A stretch of DNA of 64,000 bases, from assembly GCA_965227215.1 (NCBI GenBank), contig OZ245729.1:1328419-1392418 (forward strand), given 5' to 3'. The translations under genes and the position numbers were made by a program. Each line of letters opens with the position of its first letter. Position 1 is the stretch's first letter. The notes under the pieces were generated by a model. It was not told the origin of the DNA. It worked only from the letters and a program-made list of their open reading frames with translations, and did no database searches. This DNA is from Gracilimonas sp. (lineage in GTDB: Bacteria; Bacteroidota; Rhodothermia; Balneolales; Balneolaceae). This document shows positions 57,127 to 64,000 of the stretch, one piece after another.

Positions 57127-60100
57127 TTAACGTTCAATTCCGGGTACGTTTATTGGTTCGTTATTTTGCCACCAGAAAGTCGGTAATTCTTTCTGATTTG
57201 GGAATATTTCATCCAGGGTTTCCGCTTCATACATATATCCATTTTTCATGATATGAGAAATGTCTGCTGTGTTACGGATATCATCCAGCGGATTACTGTT
57301 CAGGATCACCAGGTCAGCCAACTTCCCTTCTTCGATCGACCCTAAATCCTGATCCAGGCCGATCCCATCTGCCCCCTGAATAGTGGCTACTTTCAGAATG
57401 TCATGTTGGGAAATACCGCCGGCTGCCATCGCCCAAAGCTCCCAGTGATAGCCCAAACCCTGCAGCTGGCCGTGACTTCCAACGCCGGCTCGACCGCCCG
57501 CTTCAACCAAATCTTTAACAAAAACACCCATCTCTTCGAATACATGCTCTTCTTCCATAAACCAACCGGCATTTCGGCGACGGGTACGCTCATCCAGGTT
57601 TTGATGAGGCATGAACCGCTGTAGTTTCGGCTCATCATGTGGCCGCTCAACTGCATAGAAATAATTTTCCGCCCATGGGCCACCGTAAGCCACCAGCAAG
57701 GTAGGCGTATAAACAGTTCTGGAGAAAGCAACTAAATCGATTACATCATGATACAGTGGAAATACCGGGAAGGAATGCTCATGCCCGGGATAACCGTCAA
57801 TCACCTGAGTCAGGTTTTCCTTAAAGTCGAGTGACCCTTCCGTAGTTGGCATCAACTCCTGCTCTTTTGCGGCCTGAATGATCCATTGACGCTGCTCCCT
57901 GTTTCCGGCTCCATACATTTTAATGGTCTTGGTATCATAATATTTACTGTACCGCATCAACACATCGCGTGCATGGTCCAAATCTTTGATGTCTTCACTG
58001 CTGAAAACGCCCGGACCGGTAGAATAAACACGTGGACCTAACAATTTCCCGGCATGCACTAAATCCTGATAGGTGAGCACATCGGTAGTTGCCGTTTGCG
58101 GATCACGCGTGGTAATTACCCCATAAGCCAGGTTTGTCAGGTACGACCAAAATTCACCCCGATGCAAGTTCACAGGATGACGGAAATGAGCATGGGTATC
58201 TACAAATCCCGGAATGATGGTCTTGCCATTCATGTCCATGATTTCAGCACCTTCGGGAATATCAACTTCCCCCCGTTTACCTACAGCAACAATCCGGTTA
58301 TCCTGAATAACCAGATCAGCATTTTCAATAATCTCGTTGCCCTTCATGGTTATGAGTCTGGCGCCTCGAAGAACAAGAATACCCTCCGGGATATCACGAT
58401 CTGCCATTACAGAAATCTCTATTTCCGTGGGTTGATATCCCTTGTCTTCTTCTTTTTCCTCTTCCTCATCAGCTTCTTCTTCGGAGTCGGCCTCTTCATT
58501 TTCATCTTCCGCCTTCTCCTCTTCCATTTCTTTGGCGGCCTCTACGCTGTCTTCATAGGCCTGCTCATCATCGAAATCATAAATCACATGAGCGTTACCT
58601 ATCGACCAGTGTACGCGATTGGCGTCCCAGCTCCAGGCAGGAAACTGTCCACCTATTTCGGTAAGTTGTTTACTTGGGAATTGGCTGGAAGAACCTCCTA
58701 CCCTGATTTCAGGAGCTTCTCCCCCTACTTTTGGTACCGTTACTACAAACAAGTCGTTGCGTATCTGAGCCAGTGCCTGATCCCCTTCCGGAGCCATCCT
58801 GATCCAGGAAGCCGTACCGCCTCCACTTCTGCTTACCTCAAGATGTTCTTTTTCATCAGTGCCATCCCAGCGAATGGATGAAAGTCCACCCCAACTGGAA
58901 AGGTAGATCCGGTCAGATCCTTTAACAAAATGAGGATTGCCCCGGCCATTCGTGTAAGTAATAAAATTGTTTTCACTTCCGTCAGCATCGATCCAGATTA
59001 GATCGCTGGTTCCCTGAAAAGCCGTTCTTCGGGTTGCATTGCGGAAATCCTGAGGCTGCCCTTTGATTAATACAATCCGGCTGCCATCGTTATTCCATAC
59101 CGGATCCTGAAATACGCCCTCTTCTTTGTTAAGCTGCTGAAGCCGTCTGCCATTTGGACGAACTTTATACACCTTCCCGGTTTCAGGAGTCCAGGTAACA
59201 AAGGCAATCCATTCACCATCCGGAGACCACACGGGTTGAGCCTGCGTTTCGTCCAGATCCACCAATTTCTTTGGTTCTCCATCCGGAAGTACCATGGTAT
59301 AAATTTCATTCAATGCGGTGAAGGCGATTTTCCGGCCATCCGGGGAAGGTACCGCATCCCGAATCTGGGTAATTTCAAACTGCGGCGTATCTTCAATGGG
59401 GTAATCAAAATCCAGCTCTGGCCCAAGCTCAATAGTAGAACTTACTGAGAATGGAATCTCGATTGCATCTCCTCCATCAATAGGTAGCTTCCAGATTTTA
59501 CCTCCATAGGAAGCAACCATATGTTTGTTATCCGGAGTGAAGGACATTCCGGGTAGAACGTCCCGGGAAGCACGCGATTCCTGATCATCATGCTGTACCG
59601 GATAGGCCAGCCAGCTTTCGTCGCCGGTTTCTAAATCTCTTTTCACCAGTCCGGTATGTTCATCATGACGGGTACCGTATACCAACCACTTACCATCACT
59701 CGAAAGAGTGGGGCGAAATGAAGAGCCATACCTGTTGGATTGCACCGTAATATCACCGGTTTCCCGATCATAGGTAGCTATCTGATACTGTGGCATACTG
59801 GCGTTGTAGTTCCAGGTTCCAAACCGTCTTGAAAACCAGATGTATCTGTCATCGGCACCAAAGGCCCCTTCGAGCATACGCAGGTTACCGGGTTCGTCCG
59901 TCAAAGCCACACCTGAACCACCGTCAACATGGTACATCCAGATTTTATGGTTACCGGGATCATTTTTAGAGGCAATTACATACTTGCCATCCGGCATCCA
60001 CTCCGGAGACTGGTATTCATTGTCCTTGCCCTTTGTCAGCTGTTCTTTCTCTTCCGTTTCCAGGTCATAAATCCACACGCCTTCTCCACCGGAAGCATCG

Positions 60101-60459
60101 GATATAAAGGCGATCTTATTGCCATCCGGACTAAATCGAGGCTGGCTGTCGAACTGCATGCCTTCCGTTAATTGGGTAGCTTCTCCACCCTCCACCGGGA
60201 TGGTGTAAAGGTCGCCGAGGTAATCGAATACTATAGTTTTTCCATCGGGACTCACATCCAGAGCAATCCAGGACCCTTCATCCAGATCAAAAGAAAACTC
60301 GCGACCAGGCTCCAGAGGTAAATCATTCTTCTTTTCTTTTTTGGTGCTATCTGCTTCAGCTTCCCCATCCTGAGCAGCAGATAGCTGAGGCAATGAAATC
60401 ACAAGCAACCCCGCAAACAAGAACTTCATCCATGTATTAATAATCATATGTTTTTCCAT
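57127..60459 (-). CDS. periplasmic TolB-like beta-propeller protein fused to an amidohydrolase domain
   Basis: 1110 aa with a signal peptide. The N-terminal roughly 620 aa carry PD40/WD40-like blades (S.DG..IAF...). An acidic linker follows. The C-terminal region has amidohydrolase metal motifs (PGFVDTHAHF, ...GSHG...). Confidence 0.8.
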   Translation of the reverse strand: MEKHMIINTWMKFLFAGLLVISLPQLSAAQDGEAEADSTKKEKKNDLPLEPGREFSFDLDEGSWIALDVSPDGKTIVFDYLGDLYTIPVEGGEATQLTEGMQFDSQPRFSPDGNKIAFISDASGGEGVWIYDLETEEKEQLTKGKDNEYQSPEWMPDGKYVIASKNDPGNHKIWMYHVDGGSGVALTDEPGNLRMLEGAFGADDRYIWFSRRFGTWNYNASMPQYQIATYDRETGDITVQSNRYGSSFRPTLSSDGKWLVYGTRHDEHTGLVKRDLETGDESWLAYPVQHDDQESRASRDVLPGMSFTPDNKHMVASYGGKIWKLPIDGGDAIEIPFSVSSTIELGPELDFDYPIEDTPQFEITQIRDAVPSPDGRKIAFTALNEIYTMVLPDGEPKKLVDLDETQAQPVWSPDGEWIAFVTWTPETGKVYKVRPNGRRLQQLNKEEGVFQDPVWNNDGSRIVLIKGQPQDFRNATRRTAFQGTSDLIWIDADGSENNFITYTNGRGNPHFVKGSDRIYLSSWGGLSSIRWDGTDEKEHLEVSRSGGGTASWIRMAPEGDQALAQIRNDLFVVTVPKVGGEAPEIRVGGSSSQFPSKQLTEIGGQFPAWSWDANRVHWSIGNAHVIYDFDDEQAYEDSVEAAKEMEEEKAEDENEEADSEEEADEEEEKEEDKGYQPTEIEISVMADRDIPEGILVLRGARLITMKGNEIIENADLVIQDNRIVAVGKRGEVDIPEGAEIMDMNGKTIIPGFVDTHAHFRHPVNLHRGEFWSYLTNLAYGVITTRDPQTATTDVLTYQDLVHAGKLLGPRVYSTGPGVFSSEDIKDLDHARDVLMRYSKYYDTKTIKMYGAGNREQRQWIIQAAKEQELMPTTEGSLDFKENLTQVIDGYPGHEHSFPVFPLYHDVIDLVAFSRTVYTPTLLVAYGGPWAENYFYAVERPHDEPKLQRFMPHQNLDERTRRRNAGWFMEEEHVFEEMGVFVKDLVEAGGRAGVGSHGQLQGLGYHWELWAMAAGGISQHDILKVATIQGADGIGLDQDLGSIEEGKLADLVILNSNPLDDIRNTADISHIMKNGYMYEAETLDEIFPNQKELPTFWWQNNEPINVPGIER

Positions 60460-60720
60460 AGTATTCGGCTTTTTTAATTTGAGTGAAAGAAGCTAAAAAA
60501 TTTAGCGAACCAGCCCAATCGTTTTACAAGTATATACAAGTACCATTTCCCTTTCGCCACTAAAACACGAAAACACAGAAAGAAGTAATTTGAATACAGC
60601 TGGCGTATAATTTGGTCACATCCTTCTGTATTCATTTGATTCTTTACTGATCCCGACTGCTGTTATTTCCGGTAAAACATTGACTATCAGAAATGTTATC
60701 TTCAGCAAAAATTTTATGGC

Positions 60721-61560
60721 ATGACATTTACAGAAAAACTAGGAGCTTCAGTTCAAGAAGCCGGCTCTACCTTATGCGTGGGACTTGATCCCAACCTTGA
60801 CCTTCTTCCTCAACCTGTTAAGCAGCAGTTTGAGTCTTCTGAAGAGCAGGTAAGCTATTTCTGTAAACTGGTTATTGATTACACGGCGGAACATGCTGCC
60901 GCCTTCAAACCCAATCTGGCTTTTTTTGAGGCTCTGGGAAAGAACGGGCTATCTGTTTTTGAGGAAGTGATCAGTCACATTCCCGATCATAAGATCATAA
61001 TCGCCGATGCTAAACGGGGAGATATCAGCTCTACGGCCGATCATTACAAAAAAGCATACTTCGATGAGTTTAAGGTAGATGCTATCACCATCAACCCTTT
61101 AATGGGATTTGAAACGCTGGAGGCCTTTTCTAAGGAAGAAACGAAAGGGATGTATGTACTGTCCCTTACTTCAAATTCCGGGGCTTCGGATTTCTTCAAA
61201 CAGCCTTATAAAAACTTTAAATCCATGTCAGAGTACATTGCCGATCAGCTGGCTAAAAAATCCCGTTTCTCCGATACCCATTTAGGGATGGTGATTGGTG
61301 CTACCCAAGCTGAAGAAGCATCTTCTGTCTTAAAGTATCACCCCGAAGGCGCCTTACTTATTCCCGGGATTGGTGCTCAGGGCGGTTCAGTTTCTGAATT
61401 GGAAAAAGCATTGACTAATCATTCGGGAATTCCTCTTATCAACTCCAGCCGGGGTATTATTTACGCCGGAAAGGATGAGGGCAACTGGCCGGAGTACGTT
61501 GCTGAACAAGCCAAATCGATGAAACAAAAATTGAGTTCAATCACAAAAAAATATGTCTGA
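60721..61560 (+). CDS. pyrF: orotidine 5'-phosphate decarboxylase (long, type 2)
   Basis: 279 aa. [17 protein letters not shown] and PGIGAQGG motifs. Confidence 0.9.
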   Translation: MTFTEKLGASVQEAGSTLCVGLDPNLDLLPQPVKQQFESSEEQVSYFCKLVIDYTAEHAAAFKPNLAFFEALGKNGLSVFEEVISHIPDHKIIIADAKRGDISSTADHYKKAYFDEFKVDAITINPLMGFETLEAFSKEETKGMYVLSLTSNSGASDFFKQPYKNFKSMSEYIADQLAKKSRFSDTHLGMVIGATQAEEASSVLKYHPEGALLIPGIGAQGGSVSELEKALTNHSGIPLINSSRGIIYAGKDEGNWPEYVAEQAKSMKQKLSSITKKYV

Positions 61561-61996
61561 GAAGCCGGAAGTTATTGTATACACGGATGGAGCCTGTAGC
61601 GGAAATCCCGGTCCGGGAGGGTGGGGAGCCGTCCTAATCTGGAATGGAAAAGAGAAAGAGCTTTCGGGGGGAGATCCGCAAACTACCAACAACCGAATGG
61701 AAATGCAGGCGGTTATTGAGGCCTTGAATGCGCTAAATAAACCCTGTACGGTCATAATCCACAGCGACAGTGCCCTGATCATTAACGCATTTACTCAGGG
61801 ATGGATCGACAGCTGGCAGAAACGCGGATGGCGTAAAGCCGATAAAAAACCGGTGGAAAACAAAGAGCTCTGGCAGGATATGCTGGAAGCCATGAAGCCT
61901 CACGATGTAAAATGGGTGAAGGTAAAAGGCCACGCCGGAATCGAATTAAATGAGCGGGCAGATCAACTGGCTGTTGCCGAATCGAAGAAATTCTAA
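61553..61996 (+). CDS. rnhA: ribonuclease HI
   Basis: [17 protein letters not shown]...TNNRMEM...SDS...W..VKGHAG...NE.AD. It overlaps the pyrF stop by 8 nt. Confidence 0.95.
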   Translation: MSEKPEVIVYTDGACSGNPGPGGWGAVLIWNGKEKELSGGDPQTTNNRMEMQAVIEALNALNKPCTVIIHSDSALIINAFTQGWIDSWQKRGWRKADKKPVENKELWQDMLEAMKPHDVKWVKVKGHAGIELNERADQLAVAESKKF

Positions 61997-62057
61997 ATGA
62001 AAAATTCAAAATTTAAAATTGGTTTGTACTCAATTTTAAATTTTTCACTTTGAATTC
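61996..62057. terminator. AT-rich hairpin (family B) between convergent rnhA and tsaD
   Basis: aaaatttaaaattg(gtttgtact)caattttaaatttt with imperfect outer pairing. Nearly identical to 13086-13112. Confidence 0.6.
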
Positions 62058-62064
62058 TTAATTC

Positions 62065-63048
62065 CTAAAGCGAAGCGTAGGGCACCATGTCCAGATCATC
62101 GAATTGGCCGGCTTCGGCTTTCATTTTTCCGGTGATGGCGATCATGGCTGCGTTATCGGTGCAATAACTTATTTTTGGGGAATAAAGCTGTACACCCATC
62201 TCTTTGGCCATCTTTTCTGATTTTTCTCTCAGCATTGAATTCGCCGAAACTCCACCGGCCAGCAGCACCGTTTTTACCCCGGTTTCTTTAATGGCCCGTT
62301 TCAGCTTTTTCACTAACACCTCAGCGATAGCAAAAGAAACGCTGGCGCATATATCATTCATATGTTCCTGAATCCAATCATCTTCTTTATCCTGAAGATA
62401 ATACAACACGCTGGTTTTTAATCCTGAAAAGCTAAAGTCCAATCCTTCCTGAAGCAAAGCCTGCGGAAATTTATGGAATTTGGGATCTCCTTCTTTAGCC
62501 AAACGATCCATATGTGGCCCTGCCGGATATGGCAGCCCTAGCAGCTTACCGATTTTATCGAAGGCTTCTCCGGCAGCATCATCCCGTGTCTGGCCTATAA
62601 TCTCGTGCTCAAAGGCTGATTGTACATGCACCAGCTGTGTGTGCCCACCCGACACTGTAAGCGCTACTAACGGAAACTCAGGACTGTGATCGATAAAATT
62701 GGCATAGATGTGAGCATCCATATGATTTATTCCAATCAACGGGATGTTTCGGGAAAGGGAAAGTCCTTTGGCAAAACAGGTTCCAACCAGCAATGAACCC
62801 AGCAATCCCGGTCCCTGGGTTACAGCGATAGCATCAATTTCATCCAGGGATATTCCGGCTTCTTCCAGCGCCTGATTTACGGTTTGCGTAATGGTTTTTT
62901 GATGAGCCCGTGATGCCAGCTCCGGTACCACTCCCCCAAATTTGAGGTGGATAGACTGCGAGGCAATCACATTAGATTTAATTCCTTCAGTCGTTAAAAC
63001 CGCTGCTGAAGTATCGTCACAAGAGGATTCAATTCCGAGAATATTCAT
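62065..63048 (-). CDS. tsaD: tRNA N6-adenosine threonylcarbamoyltransferase
   Basis: ILGIESSCDDTSAAV, HMDAHIYA, SGGHT and GGVSAN motifs. Confidence 0.95.
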   Translation of the reverse strand: MNILGIESSCDDTSAAVLTTEGIKSNVIASQSIHLKFGGVVPELASRAHQKTITQTVNQALEEAGISLDEIDAIAVTQGPGLLGSLLVGTCFAKGLSLSRNIPLIGINHMDAHIYANFIDHSPEFPLVALTVSGGHTQLVHVQSAFEHEIIGQTRDDAAGEAFDKIGKLLGLPYPAGPHMDRLAKEGDPKFHKFPQALLQEGLDFSFSGLKTSVLYYLQDKEDDWIQEHMNDICASVSFAIAEVLVKKLKRAIKETGVKTVLLAGGVSANSMLREKSEKMAKEMGVQLYSPKISYCTDNAAMIAITGKMKAEAGQFDDLDMVPYASL

Positions 63049-63163
63049 GTTCTAAAGATAGGAATGTTGGGCATGAATGACACCTTCTATGGAACACGGT
63101 TGTCGCGGATCACTTGACTTTATTTATGCCACTTCGGCCTTACCAAATCTGCTATTTATTAAG

Positions 63164-64000
63164 CTAATACCTTCTGATTGGCCTTACTCGGTGTTCATCC
63201 GTTTTATTATCAGTATCCTCATTTCCCCAAGGTATCATTTTCACTGCTCTCAATGTGTCGTCAGGATGTTCATTTGAACTCCAATAGTTTTCATTATCTA
63301 AACCACCCACTAAGCCACCGTTTTTATATTGATAGAGTTTTCTCAATTCTCTGATGGATGGTAAATACCAATCATCAAACCCATTTAATTCCAGCTCCAT
63401 GGCTAGTTTGTAAGCCGGTTTACCATTATTTGAATCATCGCACTCAGCATTATTTATTGCTTGAGTATTCCCCAAACCACTTTCTCCGGAATAAGTACCA
63501 ACTAAAACTGAATTACATCCCCATTCTGCCTTGGGATCAATCTCTCCATTGTACCAGTTTGGTGGTGCAGCAACTAAATACCTCCATCCATCCGAGTATT
63601 CTCCTTTATCATAGAATACAATACCGCCTTGTTCATAGAGCTCATCTTCTGTAGTGAATTTTTTTGATTCTGAAAACTTTTCAAACCTTTCACCATACTG
63701 CTTAAACAGAACTTTTATGCGGTAATAATATTCGGTTCCGGGGCTCAGTTCGTAGATTACATTACTAATGATACCTTCATTTTTTTCTTTACTGTAGTAA
63801 ACCAAACCCTCCATATCTGTTACATCAGCAAACTCGATATTATTTGTTTCATCCGGCAAACTGTCTAAAGAAATAAATATTTGGTATCCAACGCTTGAAT
63901 TAAATTTAGAATATTTTGAATAATAAGGTTCATTGATACTGAAGGTCGTAAATGGATTCACCGATCTGGTCTTTAAATACCTTACTTCGGTCGATAACAT
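63164..64000 (-). CDS. DUF1566 (Lcl C-terminal-like) domain protein, possibly 5'-truncated by window end
   Basis: C-terminal WYLPSIRELRKLY...YWSSNE is typical of DUF1566. The N-terminal part looks Fn3/Ig-like (YYYRIKV). The ATG at 63998-64000 may be internal. Confidence 0.65.
   Translation of the reverse strand: MLSTEVRYLKTRSVNPFTTFSINEPYYSKYSKFNSSVGYQIFISLDSLPDETNNIEFADVTDMEGLVYYSKEKNEGIISNVIYELSPGTEYYYRIKVLFKQYGERFEKFSESKKFTTEDELYEQGGIVFYDKGEYSDGWRYLVAAPPNWYNGEIDPKAEWGCNSVLVGTYSGESGLGNTQAINNAECDDSNNGKPAYKLAMELELNGFDDWYLPSIRELRKLYQYKNGGLVGGLDNENYWSSNEHPDDTLRAVKMIPWGNEDTDNKTDEHRVRPIRRY

Overview
This 64-kb chromosomal window carries about 55 protein-coding genes and one tRNA. The gene content suggests an FCB-group (Bacteroidota/Balneolota-like) bacterium: a T9SS C-terminal sorting domain, a TonB-dependent receptor, DUF3078/DUF2851/DUF3667-type genes and lamin-tail-domain surface proteins. 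Most of it is ordinary housekeeping: fatty-acid activation and beta-oxidation (1-5145), secreted peptidases, tyrosine catabolism (hppD-hmgA), katG, a creD operon, asd, murI, an ALDH7-like dehydrogenase, pyrR, tRNA-Gln + prs-rplY-pth, the H+/Na+ pyrophosphatase hppA, pyrF-rnhA and tsaD. Four things stand out. (1) A low-GC island (about 35.8-38.1 kb) holds three translationally coupled small genes of unknown function. Two are paralogs, all three end in the same wHTH-like motif, and the middle one has a HEPN-like Rx6H motif. This is my best candidate for an undescribed (defence/addiction-type) system. (2) A second low-GC segment (about 15.14-17.13 kb) encodes an orphan 542-aa protein with a C-terminal 2-TM hairpin. 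It is delimited by two direct copies of a REP-like 20-mer and sits next to a REP-associated tyrosine transposase (RAYT) that is itself bracketed by mirrored REP hairpins. (3) Several families of word-like AT-rich hairpins recur at gene 3' ends, and some of them contain the stop codons of both convergent genes. (4) There are two large lamin-tail-domain (LTD) surface proteins, one with five periodic modules and one fused to CotH and a T9SS tail. A frameshifted four-helix-bundle (23S-IVS-type) pseudogene also lies between inverted repeats. I saw no CRISPR array, rRNA or prophage. All functional calls come from reading motifs by eye, with no database search.
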